Assembly (NCBI RefSeq): GCF_001194135.2
Contig: NC_068993.1
Coordinates: 28,235,729-28,283,964, forward strand
DNA length: 48,236 nucleotides
Source: Octopus bimaculoides
Lineage: Eukaryota
Direction of reading: 5' to 3'
Made by a program: the position numbers and the translations under genes. Below are positions 1-13,200 of this stretch, piece by piece; within the stretch, counting starts at the first letter, position 1; each line of letters starts with the position of its first letter. The notes under the pieces were generated by a model. That model saw only the letters and a program-made list of their open reading frames with translations. It searched no databases and was not told where the DNA came from.

Positions 1-135
1 CCGTAACTTAGCGGTTTGGTAAAAGACACTGACACAATGAGTACTAGGCTTACAAAAAATAAATCCTGTGGTTGATTTCTTCGACCAACAGCGGTGCTCC
101 ACCATGGCCGCAGTCACATGACTGAAACAAGTACA
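1..135 (+). mobile_element. 3' module of the composite tRNA/CORE-like SINE, cut by the window edge
   Basis: Matches 40550-40687 and 38500-38640 (cttagcggtt...gcggtgctcc...gactgaaacaag). Confidence 0.8.
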
Positions 136-1707
136 GCAATAAAAATCTATGCCATTTTAATCCCAAGCAAGGCCGGGTATCTCTGCTAGTATAATGTATG
201 TGTGTGTGTGTGTGTGCATATCTTTTGCTGACATATATCTATGTAAGATGTAAACCACAATGAAAAAAAATTGATAAGCTGTTGTTTTCAAAAGACAAAA
301 AAATGGCTTATATTTTTTCTGCCCAAGTTGCATAGACACCCCATTGTTATTGCCACTATTGAAAATATTGTAAATAATTGTTTATCTTATTAGAAACCTG
401 TAAATTGATGATGCTCTTGTCCACAAACTTTGATATGAATTTAATAAAAAACATAATATATTTGATGTAGTTTTGACATTTGCTGTTTTTAATGGTTTGA
501 TGTGGAATAAAGGATATCACTCATCTTTGACACCAGTTAAATTGACATGAATAAATGATCATGAATAATTACAACTCAGGAGCTACAGGGCAAACATGAG
601 CAGAGAAGAAATTTCAGAGGAATGACTTTCAAGGAGAAAGGATGGGATGAAATAGTTAGTATGAGACGTGGAGTGAGGAAGTATATACAGCTTGAGTGAT
701 TGATGACAAAAGGATAGATGAGTGAGTTGTATGAACAGAGTGGAAATGCAGGCTAGAAGCTACTTCTAAGGAGTAACTGACATTATTATAACTGATGCAA
801 AAGGTGTTGTTTAAAGAAACTCTGACATTATACGTCAGCATACATAACAAATGAAGGCCCCTCTTATGTTACTGCATTGAATAAAAACTATGTTGTAACA
901 TGATATTCCAGAACATAAAATAGTCAATAGTTGAATAGGTTTTATATTTCACACTGCCACATTATGGCAAGATTTTTAGTGGTGCAATGCTTCCATAACA
1001 TGGAAGATGCCTATACTAAAACAGAGGTTTATGAAGAAGACTTTTACATCATTGGTTAAGCTACTAGAAATTAGTCAAATCTTCTACTGTCTTAAATATG
1101 GTAAGACATATTGGTGACTGTATCCCTAAATACATGCTATGTATGTCTGAAAGAACAAAAAAAAAAGACAGTCTGCATTGTCAAGACCAGCAATTGTCCA
1201 AGAGCTAAAGTGAAAACAAAAGCAACTTAAAAACAGCATTTCAAGGCTGGCATAACATAATTTAAGGAAAGATCATCTTCATAATCTGAATATATGAAAA
1301 CAAAATTCTTTTCTTATTTGTTTGAAAGCGTGTAAGGAAATAAACTGATCAAGGGAGTTGATGTTCAGTTCAAATTGTTACAAATTCAAGGAAAACATGG
1401 GGTAATGGTTTGAGGTTACAATAATTTGGGGAAGAAAGGACTGAAAAGAAATGATTGGATGTATTCTAAAATATTTTATATTGCGTTGGTTTACATTTTC
1501 CTTCCTATGGAGTCAATAGTTGACCATTACCATGAGGCACATAAAGGTCAGCTGTTAATGTTTGACCTTTCCATGGATAGGAGATTAATGACAAAAGTAG
1601 ATTGCTCAGGCTGGTGGTGGTTGGGTGGAGTTTTACTTTACATTTAATTATATTTTGTTATTAATTTATTTAGTTTTTGTTCTTGTCTTTTTCTTTTTAA
1701 ATTTCAG

Positions 1708-1823
1708 GAAGTCTCGCCACTACCATATAAAGGAAACGCCAGATGGAAAATTTTACTTGCACGAGAAAAATACTTTTGATACAATGGCTGATCTTATTTA
1801 TTATCATAAACATAACTCTGCAG
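1708..1823 (+). CDS. Btk29A-like: Exon A: SH2 C-terminal half (KSRHYHIKETPDGKFYLHEKNTFDTMADLIYYHKHNSA)
   Basis: Pyrimidine tract + tttcag acceptor; CAG|GTAGTA donor; 116 nt, phase 2 to 1. Confidence 0.9.
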
Positions 1824-2419
1824 GTAGTAGAGTTTGCAAATTGTAATTTGAAAAAAGAAATGTAAAGCATGATACTAAATACCTTGCAGTATTGTTTCAT
1901 CTTTCTAAATTTCATCAGTGTTAGTTTTGTATTTCTTCTATTCAGAGGGTGGTGGAATCAAGAAAATAAAGACAAGTAGTGAGTCAGTGAGGAAGTCTCT
2001 ATGTAGTAGTGGAGCCTATAAGGAATAGCAGCCACATTACCTCAAATTACTCACACTCTAATAATTTAGTAAAGGATCACATTGTCTTAGCTATACAAAA
2101 AGATAAATAGGATGCTCACAGCTCAAATGCTTTTCATTTGAGCATAAGTCTGTTCAGTCAGGTTTCACCTAAGGTAAAACAACAGCAACATAAAGAATGT
2201 TATACTAAAGATAATTATATCTGATATACCTGCCTCCTATCAATATACAATATTGATCTCAGAGGTGACTGGAATTAATGTTGATTGACATCACTAACTG
2301 GCAATCAAAAAGGGGTTGGGTACTGATAATGCAAAGTACCCAAAACAGATTTTTCTCCTCCTTCACTACTACTAATACTATTATTCTTTCACTGCCTCAA
2401 TGTGGATTCATGATCAGAG

Positions 2420-2830
2420 GCATCTAGCCATGACCCTCCCATCTTTTCCTTTTTTAAATAGCAGGGTGTAGTCTGAGGGATTTGGGATTATTATTTCTAG
2501 TAGGTTGAGTGGCCATGAAAGTGCTTCCTTATTAGCTCATCTTTTCAGTTAGTGGAAGGAGGAGGGATAGCACCCATTACTTTTATAGGTTGATGTAGTT
2601 GATGCTCAATTTAAATTTTGTGGGGAGAAACAGAATAAAAGTGAAATTTCCAGAAGTGTTTAACCCTAAGGGACTCAGTTTGAGTGTCAGACAGAAATGA
2701 GATAGGAGGTCTGTTATTTTGGGGCTGAATGAAGAAGTAATAGTGTGTAGCTAGGTAGTTTAGAAGAGCAGAGGTGGTTGTAGTAAAGGTGACAGAGCTC
2801 TGGATGTTGAACCTAATATAAAATGACACT
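2420..2830 (-). mobile_element. Possible decayed LINE AP-endonuclease fragment
   Basis: ORF 2611-2829 has FNIQSS and PISFLSDTQ, loosely like the LNIRSL and PDIxxLSETW motifs; weak. Confidence 0.3.
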
Positions 2831-3484
2831 GTTTAGAGAAGAAATGATGATAAGCCTCTCCAAAGATGCATCCTTCGACAGTATGATAGAGAACTGGATA
2901 TTAAAATGATGATGATTATAACAATAAGAGTTAGAATTCTCAGAGATGTTCCATCAAGTGCAGGATTGAAATAGCTTGCATTCTATTACTGGTTTCAATT
3001 TTTAGATTTTTCCATTTGGAGTACTCCATGGATTTTAGTCAGAAACATCAAACCCCCACCTCACCTCGATAGTTGCAACAAGTATAAAGGGACATAACTC
3101 ACAAAATAAATATTGCAGGTTTGGGGAGCACTGATTTATCAAAGATTTTTTTGCTGGTAAATACACATCTTGAAAACATGAGTGTTTTAATTTTATCTTT
3201 TCTTTTTATGAAGTTTATTCATATTTTTTTGTAAGTTGTTGTTTGAAAGAAGAAACTTCCTAAATCTAGCAAAAATGTTTCTAGACTGTCATGGTCTCAT
3301 CTTCAGAATGTTGTTGTGTTGCTGCCTCTTTATTATAAGTTAGGCCAATGTGACATTAGATTTATATGTTGAGAGGTGTTAGTTTTTAGTTTATGACACA
3401 TCTATATTGTCTGTATGTTTATTTTAACATTGTACATTGGTATAAATGTTGCTTCCATCATTATTCATTTGGTTGTATTAATAG

Positions 3485-3559
3485 GTCTTGAAACAAGACT
3501 ACGCTTTCCTCCAAGTCATGAGGCCAAAACAGTTCCAGCTACTGCTGGATTTGGACACG
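3485..3559 (+). CDS. Btk29A-like: Exon B: SH2 end and SH2-kinase linker (GLETRLRFPPSHEAKTVPATAGFGH)
   Basis: atag acceptor, G|GTAAGT donor; 75 nt, phase 1 to 1. Confidence 0.88.
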
Positions 3560-4013
3560 GTAAGTGATATTAGCCACAAAAACTTTAAGAAATGTAATAA
3601 AATACATAACTCTCACCTAAGGTTAGAAAGAGAGAAAAGATAATGTGGGTATAAAATCACATTTACAAATACAAAGAGAGTGAGAGACATTATACAACAT
3701 ATGGAAGGATGTATTAAGAAATTTAGAAGTATACACACAAATATATGCGTGTGTGTGTATGTGTGTAATCTTTATCATTGTTTTAATGTCCATTTTTCCA
3801 TGCTTGTATGAATCAGACAAAGTTCATTGAGGCAGATTTTGTGCAGCCAGATGGCTCTTCTGTCACCAACTCTCACTTGTTTCCAAACAAAATATTAGCC
3901 CATAATTGGACATGTTTTCATGAAAGATTGAAAATAAATTACACTACTTGTATGATAGAATGGTCTTTTAGAACTGTCACACAATGTCAAAACAAAGAAT
4001 CACACACAACAGC

Positions 4014-4140
4014 CTTCTTTCAGTTCTGTCAACCAAATACACTCACAAGGCTTTGGTCAGGGCCATAGTAGGACAGACTTCCCAGGGTACTACACAGTGG
4101 GACTGAACCCAAAACCATGTGGTTGGGAAGCAAACCTGTG
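4014..4140 (-). mobile_element. SINE head (tRNA-like + CORE-like), antisense
   Basis: Reverse complement matches 40310-40445. Confidence 0.8.
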
Positions 4141-4842
4141 CCTAAATGTGTGTGTGTGTGTATATATATATATATACACAAATTTGAATAGAAATATAAA
4201 AAAAAAGGACCATGAAACACAATAATTAAAACAAGATATAATTAAAGAAAATGAAACATGAATGATTGGATTAGAGTACTCCATGCCCTTGTTCACTTAA
4301 CCAGTTCTCAGATTGTATTTGAGTGCAGTCAAATACACCAGTAAGCATTTTTTTTTAGATATTCAATGTTAGGAAACATTAATATGCTAGGATTATTTTC
4401 TTTTAATTATGGTTAATGTCTTTGTTTTAATTTTATTAATAATCTGTTTTGCATATTCTTTATGTTCTGAACTTCCGAAGGTGTGGTATTTCAGATTGGT
4501 ACTGTTAGGGGAGGAGGTGTTTGCTCATCTGTTTCTATTACTGGGCCTAAAGATATTTCACTCACCATCCTCAAAGTTTTGGGTATTTGTTCTCAGGAAA
4601 CTGGGTTTTTTTTTTCGCTGTTGATCTTCATTATTTTCATTTCTTTTTTCTTAATCATTCTTGTTCTTATGGGTATTCAACACAAAGATGTTTTTTTCAC
4701 CCTGACAAATATGACAACTAGGCTTTCTGCCCTAAGTCATTGATCTCAGTGTCTTCTACTAGGCACAATTCCAATATGCATCTGTGGCTTTCAGGTGTCA
4801 TCAGGTCTTATAATTCCATTATGATGCTCCTTCACCATAGAT

Positions 4843-5010
4843 CATCATTGTCATCATTTAACGTTTGTCTTCCATGCTGGCATGGGTTGGACGGTTTGAC
4901 ACCAACTAGCAAACCAGAGGACTGAACCAAGTTCTGCTATCTGCTTTGGCATGGTTTCTATGGCTGGATGCCCTTCCTAACACCAACCACTTTACATGGC
5001 ACTAATACTA
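4843..5010 (-). mobile_element. RTE-type 3' tail with (GAT)n end
   Basis: catcat...ccatgctggcatgggttggacgg...ggatgcccttcctaacaccaacc; same tail at 35110-35275 and 36340-36520. Confidence 0.75.
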
Positions 5011-5637
5011 GTGAGGTCATCAAAAGAGAGAGAAGATGGTGAAAATATGTTGAGGTGTACCTTCAAGTTACAAGGAGGTATATATGTGAAGTAATACAGA
5101 CAATTGATGGGTGAACAAGCAGGTGACTTCATGGGAGTGCAAAAGGAAAGTAAGAGATGGAGGAGAGAGGAAATGCAGTAAGTGAACACAGTTGGAGAGA
5201 AAGGGATTAGGAAGATGAGTTGCATGGGAGAGAGATTCATCAGCGACATATTGTGCAGATAAGTTTCTGAGAGTATGAAAGGACTGGGAAACAGGAGAGT
5301 GGGGTGTGAAGAAGATGAGTTGTCAGGGAGAAATTTGGAAGTAAATATGTTAATGTGTGTAAATTAAATTTTAAAAGTTTGTGAAACAAACCATCGTTGT
5401 CTATCTATGGGCATCAAAGGCAAGCATTCCTTAGGAAATTATAGTTCTTTTAACTAGTATTTCAATGAAGATTTCATTTGCTCATACTGGAATAGATTGT
5501 GTTTTGATTGAAGAGGCAAAAATATGTCTTCACTCTACTAGTTAAATATAATAATACCAATAGCAAATTAATAAATATAAATTGTAGATTTTAAGATGTT
5601 TTTTTTTTATAATTACCATTTTTCATTATCTCTTCAG

Positions 5638-5702
5638 ATTGCTGGGAAATCAGCCAATCCAATTTAGTCAAAGGCAAATTAGTAGGTTCTGGTTGTTTCG
5701 GA
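5638..5702 (+). CDS. Btk29A-like: Exon C: kinase start and Gly loop (DCWEISQSNLVKGKLVGSGCFG)
   Basis: tcttcag acceptor, GGA|GTAAGT donor; 65 nt, phase 1 to 0. Confidence 0.9.
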
Positions 5703-6269
5703 GTAAGTAATTTACCTCATTATCTTATTTTCATTAAGCATGTCATAAATGAAAGGTGCAGAAGTGTGAAAGAGTGCCAACCTAAAATGGCTTATAGTAT
5801 TTATGTTCATCTCTTTGCAATTACTCTTTTCAAATCTCTCTAGAGTTGATAAAACTTAAGTAACAGCTGACATTCTTTATCCATTCCCTTTAAGGGAGTC
5901 AATAAAGGAAGGACCAGTTATAAAATGCTGAAGTTTATTTAAGATCTTAGATATACCCCTTACAAAGTTCATAATTTTCTTGATATCAAATGACCAGTAA
6001 TATACTAGTGTAAATTTAATCAACTCCCTTACAAAAAGTGGTCATGTAATGTGAAATCACCTGTAGTAAATATGATGACACCTCCAGCATTATTAAACCA
6101 TATCAATGAAACTGGGTCTAATACATCACAAACATATCACAGAATGGTATCAAAATCTTTGCTGTGAAGATAAGTATTAATTATTTCTGCCTGACCATAA
6201 GATGAGTGATTGAAGACATCCTTGAATAAATTTGCCCAGATAATTATAAACATTATAATTGTCTGTAAA

Positions 6270-7835
6270 GAATAAAAAGTTTTGAATGGTACAACAATGC
6301 ACTATAATACAAAAAAAAAATGGACTATATACCTGTTGTAATTTAGTTATCTATAGTCCAATGGTATTTCGGAATACAATTCCTTCTTCAGATATTCTTA
6401 GATGGAGTCTCTGCTATAAACTGTTTTCCAACAGTTTTTTTTTCGGAAGTGTCTCAGTAGTGGTCTCACGAAGCTTCTTCCGGAATTCCTCATGAGAAGT
6501 GCATGAGGTTGGCTATGTTTCAATCTCGTGTGTGTTGGTACATCCGTAGCGCTGCTTCTAAGTTATGTGTTATATGTGTAGCTTCTCTTTTTTTTTTTTC
6601 CCCCTTCTTTTTTTTTTCTTATAAACAATACATGAGCATGTTATTAAGAATGAACCTATGCACACCCAGATGTAGCTAAATAATATATTGATTACCAACC
6701 TCCATCCTGTTGTTAATTTGGGGTCCTAATTTGTGTATGAGTAAAACTTCCTTAATTCTTAAATTACCCAAATTTCTTTCATTGGCCTCAATTGTGACTG
6801 TTATGCTTTTGTCAGTGTTCCAGCATCTGTCTAGATGTTTTCTGAAGGAGAAGGCTCTCGTGTTCAGATGTTCTTTGATGTGGACATGTAACGGTCTTGT
6901 TGTGCTACCCATATAGAACTTGTTGCATTTGTTATATTATATTTTATACACAACATTTACCTGTTGGCATAAATCTGTGTCACGGATGGGACAATTTGTT
7001 AATGTGCATTGATTGTTGTCTCTTATTCCTTTCTTTGTGAGGTGTCCTCTCAGAGAGGGGCCGGAGTGGGCTAGTTGTATGTCTAGCCCTTCTCTTCTTA
7101 TGGCTCTTCGGATGGCTGTAGTTATCCTTTCGCTAAAATGGGGTATTTTAAGGAAGCATGTGTTGCTGGGTTTTCTATGTGTTCGGCGTTTTGGTCATCT
7201 TGGATACTTAAGCCGATTTACAATGGATCTAGGATACCCGTTGGTTTTCAATATATCTAGGAAGCGTGTAGTGTGGGTCACCTTGTCCTCCGTTCTGCTG
7301 CACTTGCCTTGGATGTGTGCAAGTTCATTTCTGGCATATCCTATTTTGGCACCGAGTGGAAGTGCTGAATTCTATTGGACAAACATATCTCTACTGGCTG
7401 CTTTCCTGTAGAACTCAGTGTGGATCTCCCCTTCTTCCGTTATATTCAGTTTGAAGTCAAGTAATGATAGTGACGTCGGGATGTTCTATAGTGAACTTTA
7501 TGTTCATGTTCATGTTATTGAACGTCTTGAATATTCTCTCAGCCTCTTCACGAGAGGTTGTGAGTATGAGGATGTCATCTACGTACCTGATGAAGAAGGC
7601 ACATGAGTGGCAGATGTTGAGTGCTCGGCGTTCCAGATGGTTCATATATGTGATGGCTAGTAGGCCCGAGAGACTGGATCCCATGGGGAGACCTGTTGTC
7701 TGTTTGTATATATGGTCCTGGAAAGCGAAGTAGGTGTTGTCCACAATGATGGACAAAAGTTGGTGTATATCAGCTGCAGTAAGTCCGAGGCATTGGATGG
7801 GACGCTGTTATGCAGTCAATCAATAGGGTGACCGC
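6270..7835 (-). mobile_element. 5'-truncated Penelope-like element with RT, thumb, GIY-YIG endonuclease and 3' pLTR
   Basis: RT: KQTTGLPMGSSLSG...RYVDDIL (7457-7756). EN: VNVVYKIICNKCNKFYMGSTTR...KEHL...LRIKE (about 6676-6960). 3' terminal 6270-6410 recurs at 18001-18140. Confidence 0.9.
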
Positions 7836-8744
7836 TGAGTGTGCTGGTACCGTTGTGTACGTTGTCATTTTAATTGTAGACTAATTCCTGGAATAATCTC
7901 AAATACATTTTTTCTTTCTGTGTTACTGCCATTTTATTTGTTGACAATTACTTATGTTGGATTCAAAATTTCAAGCAAGTTCCTCTTAAAAACTAATTCC
8001 TCTAAAACTTCAATATTAAACCCCAAAATAGGTGATGAGGTTTCAATAGTAGTAGAGAGGCAGATTAAATACTTTAAACTCTTTAGCTTCATCCTTCTAC
8101 ATCATGAATTCAAATCATGTTAAATCTGCTTTCAACATTGAGAGTAAATGATTTGTTATAAAGGTATAAAGTCAGACATTTTGTGGGAGGTCAGGTATGG
8201 CAACATGCACCTTTGTGGCACATTGCTACATCCATAATTGTTCATATTTGCTCAGGTAGTCCTGGGCAACCCTCCAAACAGTGTCCCAGTTTCTCCTTGC
8301 CCCTGTGAGACACTATCTTATTCACTGTGACCATGTAGCATTTGGCTGACCAACATAAGCTGTCATCATCCCAGCCAGATCTTCAGAAAAGAGAACATAA
8401 TACACAGGACCCAACTCATGAAATAAGTACTATGATTAAACTGTTTTTGTGTTAAAGTAACCCCAGAAATTTACTTGTTCTTAGTTTTATTGGAGTTTGA
8501 ACTACGAATGTTATAGGGCTTAAATACATCAAGGCATTTTGTCTGGTGCTCGACTGGTTCTACCTTTTGGCATAGATAAAATAATGTTTCAGACTGCTAG
8601 CTCATGAGTAGTAAGTTCAATCAACTGAACTACCTGCTCATTGAATCATTGTTTAATAGTTAAATATTCTGCAGACATGTATACCTTTAACTTAATTCCC
8701 AACCAGAATCAGTGACACAGTGTGACAAAGCTGATAGACACAAT

Positions 8745-8890
8745 TTTCAAACGTACTTCCACAGACTTTCCATCTACCCAATTTCACTCACAAGGATCAG
8801 GTCAACCTAAAACTGAAGTAAAGATACTTTAGCAAGTGTCACACAGTGGGTCCAAACCTGGGACTTCATGATTGCAAAACAAACTTCTTA
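8745..8890 (-). mobile_element. Diverged SINE head, antisense
   Basis: tttccatctacccaatttcactcacaagg...aagtgtcacacagtggg matches the other copies. Confidence 0.7.
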
Positions 8891-9459
8891 ACTATTCTGC
8901 TAGTAGTATTAAATTATCTAAAAGCTGGCCAGATCTGTTCACCTATTTCTTCTTTTTCTTATGATGCACAGTGGCTCTGAGGTTAAGATGTTGAACTATC
9001 ACCACAATTACATTCACTGTGTTCTGTTCCAGAGCAAAGTTGTTAATTCTGTTTGATTTTGGTTGCCGAACTGAACAGAAAGAAAGAAGAGCTGAACAGT
9101 AGAGTTGAAATCAAAAAATTAAAAATGATTTCATTGACATATAAAGCATCCATACCATAGAAACATGGCAAAGGTGATGTAAACCAGTTGGGAAATGAAT
9201 AAATTTGACCAAGAAAAGTTACTTGCCATAGATTAGCATCTTGTTCACAAGTAGAGTGAAGATTATCTCTTATTTAGTTAACACTAACAGAAGCCATAGC
9301 TGAGCATTGACTTTTAGATTCTTATGATTCATAAAAAATTCAGTTTTTTTAAAGGAAAGTAACTGACTTTCTCATCATTATCTCTCTCTCCTTCAGTCAC
9401 TCTTACCCCATTTTACTTTCATAATATGATTGGTGTTTGGACTCTCATCTATCTTGTAG

Positions 9460-9563
9460 AATGTATATGAGGCATTATGGAAGAGCAACATTGTGGCTGT
9501 CAAAGAGATGAAACTTGATACTATGTCAGAAGACAACTTCATTGAAGAGGCTAAAACAATGAC
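9460..9563 (+). CDS. Btk29A-like: Exon D: VAVK lysine and alphaC (NVYEALWKSNIVAVKEMKLDTMSEDNFIEEAKTMT)
   Basis: cttgtag acceptor, AC|GTAAGT donor; 104 nt, phase 0 to 2. Confidence 0.92.
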
Positions 9564-10139
9564 GTAAGTTATACACATATTTTCCTCCTTTGTCTGATGG
9601 TCAAAAGAAATGTTTTTACCATGTCCAATTTGTAGCAAATTCATTTACATACAACATCCAGTATCCACGATATTCATCATCTCACTACCATGCCCAATGT
9701 TGAAATATTTCAGTTGTTTACTGTCTGCTCTCCAAGTAATTCCTTTTTTTTACTGTCTGCTATTTTAGAATGTCCAGTTATCAAGTTATAACCACTACAG
9801 CCGTTGACCCAATGACATGCTGTATCTAGTCTATGTCTCTACAGCATCTGGCCTTCTAATATCCAAATTGTATAGGAATCTCAACAACACCCATTGAAAC
9901 CACATGTCTCGTCTTCTCATCTCTGCTTTAACTTCCATCCAAAACTCTTAGTTAAACACAACCCAATTCTTCTTCTCCTGAGCTGCACCCTTCTGGAAAA
10001 TTCTCTTTACCCTGTTTTCTGTATAAACCAAACAAACAAAGATTGATTGATCTACAGAAATTCAAATAGCACAAGTACTTTGGCTGTCTTGTGTGATGGA
10101 GTCTCTAACCAGTGATATAGACATAGGCATGGATTCCAA

Positions 10140-10420
10140 TCATTAGAAAAGTTAATAAATTACCATTATCTAATGATGAATGGCAAAGTATTTCTTCTAT
10201 CCATTTTGAGGATTTTGTCGATAATAAGCATGACTGTTTTATTTGATTGACACCAGTTGATACCACTCCCTTACAGTAGATTTGTTTTCTAGCAAGAAAG
10301 AAAAATAACTACTCTGCTGCTGTTTTTGTTTAGTCACTTGGTCATCTTTGACTGACAAGACTTATGTGTTCCTCTCATTTTAAGATGGTAGAGTGTAATT
10401 TGAAGGATATTTGCTTGCTT
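10140..10420 (+). mobile_element. Possible PIF/Harbinger transposase relic
   Basis: NDEWQSIS...VDNKH loosely like EEW..IA...IDGKH; heavily decayed. Confidence 0.3.
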
Positions 10421-10804
10421 TTTCTAACACATCATTCAAAGGCTCCCTTATTAAATCATTAAATATTCTGTGTTTAACTTCATGAGGCCTAATTACTTGG
10501 AGGTTTCGCAATTTTTTTATGTGTGCTGTTGTCTGGAATGTAGTTGAAGAGAATGAAACATCAGTAGACCTAGTCTTTTCTGACTTGAGATTGTGAACAA
10601 TAAATGAATTGAATGTTTTTAATCAATGGAATATTTTTAATCATAGGCCTGGCCAATCAGAGATAACCAGGGAGCTAAACATGTATTTACCAACAGTTTA
10701 TCTCTTATTCCTCTTAGTTTTGTTTTGTTTTCTTTATCAACTGATGTGAAGCCCTTGTTCTTGTGAAATCTTTAAAAAAAAAAATTTCTTTTAATATTTT
10801 GCAG

Positions 10805-10893
10805 GCAACTTAACCACCCCAACCTGGTGCAGTTGTATGGTGTTGTAACAAAATCTAGACCACTTGCTATTATCTTGGAGTACATGCAGCATG
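10805..10893 (+). CDS. Btk29A-like: Exon E: gatekeeper and hinge (QLNHPNLVQLYGVVTKSRPLAIILEYMQH)
   Basis: ttttgcag acceptor, G|GTAAGT donor; 89 nt, phase 2 to 1. Confidence 0.92.
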
Positions 10894-11149
10894 GTAAGTG
10901 TTTTACCTGTTCTTCATTATTGTAATGATAGTGGCAGAGGAGGATATCCTTCGCATAGTGTTTCTAAGTCATCATTTCAGTACATTGTTGCAGCATTCCT
11001 TCCACATTACCAAAATATTAAAGCCTGCAACACTTACAGTGGGAACAAAACAATACAATAATGAGAAAATTATGTCAGGCTACTCCATTAACTGCTAAGA
11101 TCAGGCTTGGTGTGATGTGCCAATAGCACAATGGTAACTCAAAAACGAG

Positions 11150-12780
11150 CCAAATATTTGTGACAATTTCCAGAAAAAGAAAGGTGAAATGCAAAAGACT
11201 TTTTCTGTCTAATAAATGCTGGTTTGAAAAGTTTATGAAGTGTCAGAATTTTCACAGCATAAAACTGGCAGTGCTGACACAGTGGCTGCTACCATTTATC
11301 CTGGGCAGTTGAAGAGAACAATTGCTGAATAGGGCTACACATCAGAGCATGTACACAATGTTGTTGAAACAGCACTTTCCTGCTAGAACTTTTGTTTTTT
11401 AGAAAGAAAAATCAACATCAGGATTTGAAGCTTTCAAAATATGTCTGATGCAACTGGGAGGAAATGCTCTTGACCATATAAAATTAAAGCCTCTACTGAT
11501 GTATCACTTTGAAAATGGAAGAGCTTTCGAGAGTTACATAAACTTTTATCTACTTTTGATTTATCTTTGAAATAAGAAGGCATGGATGACTAAGAGCTTT
11601 TTCCAAGTTTACAAACATTTTCATCTTTTTGTAGAAAGTGCCAGACATAATATTTCAAACAAAAAGCTTTACTCCTTTTAAATTTTCTGATAATGTGAGA
11701 GTAGAATATATCCTCAGGAACACATCTTTTTCGTCCCAGCATAATAAATCAAGGTGTGGTTGCTAACTTCAAGGTATATTATCTGAGAAGAATTTTTAAA
11801 TAACTTATGGAAGAAATTGACATGGAATATATGAGGTATCAAAAAGTTCTCGGACTACTTTTGTAGCATGCCAACAGATGGCAGCACACAGTTGCATGAG
11901 GCAGTGTGCCAAGTGACACAGCTGTGTTTACTTTGCAAGTTGTGAAATTTGTGTTTTTTTATCACGTGTATGTGATTTTAGTCATGGACAGGAAGCTGGA
12001 ACAAAGAGCCAAGGTGAAATTTTGCATTAAACTTTGAAAGTTTGCTACAGAGACATTGAGCATGCTTCGGCAAGCTTGTGCATGAGGATCTTGAGAAGAC
12101 AATCAATGTTTTGAAGCGTTTGAGGGAGGACATTCAGTGAAAACAACCAGATCTGTGGAGCATGAGATTACAATGCACCCTGTCACTGAGCTCTCCTCAC
12201 TCATGAGTTTCTTGCCAAAAACAACATGGTATTACTTCTGCACCTACCCTATTCATGGTCTTCCATCTCTTCTCCAAAATAAAAATGCAGCTCAAAGGTC
12301 GCCATTTTAACAACATTGTCGAAATCCAGAGCAAATCGCAGAAAGTCCTCGACTCACTTATGGAAAATGACTTCCAGGCTTGATTCCAAAAGTGGCAGGA
12401 ATGCTGGGACCAGTGTATTGCTGTGCAAGGTGACTATTTCAAATGAGATGATGTTATAAGTTATTTTTTTTATTAAATATAACTACTCTAGGAACTTTTT
12501 GATACCACCTTGTTAACCTATAGTTAGGGACTTCTGGAAGAAGTTCAACATAATGGATGCTGTAGACAACATAACTGAGTTAAGAGATGAAGTGAAACCT
12601 AAGAATACTGCTTGGAAAAAAAATATATAACCAGACTGTTTCTATGATTTCAGAGGTTTCCTACAAGCATAAAGTCCACATGAAATTCAGAAACATATTG
12701 TGGCACTTTTAAAAGATGCAGGGTTTGAGAAAGTCATAGAGAAGCTGTGTATGGCAGCTGATGTTGGAAGCTGACTGTTA
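11150..12780 (+). mobile_element. Tigger/pogo transposase relic interrupted by a mariner
   Basis: Frame-shifted WFEKF, SADTVAATIYP..GY..EHVHNVVET, KLKPLLMYH.EN.RA, NKKAWMT, NQGVVANFKVYYLRRIF; resumes after 12513 with VRDFWKKFNIMDAV...AWKK. Confidence 0.75.
11830..12513 (+). mobile_element. Internally deleted mariner, copy 1
   Basis: TIRs ggtatcaaaaagttc / gaactttttgatacc; transposase remnants (EQRAKVKFCIKL, KIKMQLKGRHF, WQECWDQCIA.QGDYF). Confidence 0.85.
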
Positions 12781-12816
12781 TTTCTAGCATCAGAAGTCAA
12801 CAGTTGTATACTTTTT

Positions 12817-13200
12817 ATCTTTTACTTGTTTCAGTCATTAGACTGTGGCCATGCTGGGGCACCACCTTGAAGAATTTTCAGTTGAATGTATCAATCCCAG
12901 TACTTTTTTTTAAGTATGGTACTTATTTTATCGATCTATTGTGCTGAACCACTAACTTACAGGGACATAAACACACCAACACCATTGTCAAGCGGCGGTA
13001 GGGGACAGAGATACAACTATGTATACACACACACACACACACATACATATATGATGAGCTATCAGTTTCTGTTTACCAAATCTGTTCACAAAGCTTTGGT
13101 TGGCTTGAGACTATAGTAGAAGGCACTATCCCAAGGTGCCATGCAGTGGGTCTGAACCTAGAACAATGTGGTTGGGAAGCAAGCTTCTTACCACACAGCC
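12817..13200 (-). mobile_element. Composite SINE (head, (CA/TA)n spacer, 3' module), antisense
   Basis: Reverse complement of the 40292-40687 architecture. Confidence 0.85.

Noticed and set aside
575-700. Possible upstream SH2 exon after tcag
   Set aside because: The translation has no SH2 motif; the preceding exon probably lies outside the window.
6430-6500. Second hammerhead in the first PLE (CUCAUGA-GGAA...UUCC-GAAA, minus strand)
   Set aside because: Core mismatch, and a poly-A run replaces stem III; too speculative.
8150-8400. Decayed LINE RT piece on the minus strand
   Set aside because: Only a vague HVA..DL resemblance; insufficient.
10805-11060. Editing-complementary sequence for exon E
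   Set aside because: Only short imperfect complementarity by eye; needs folding and RNA data.
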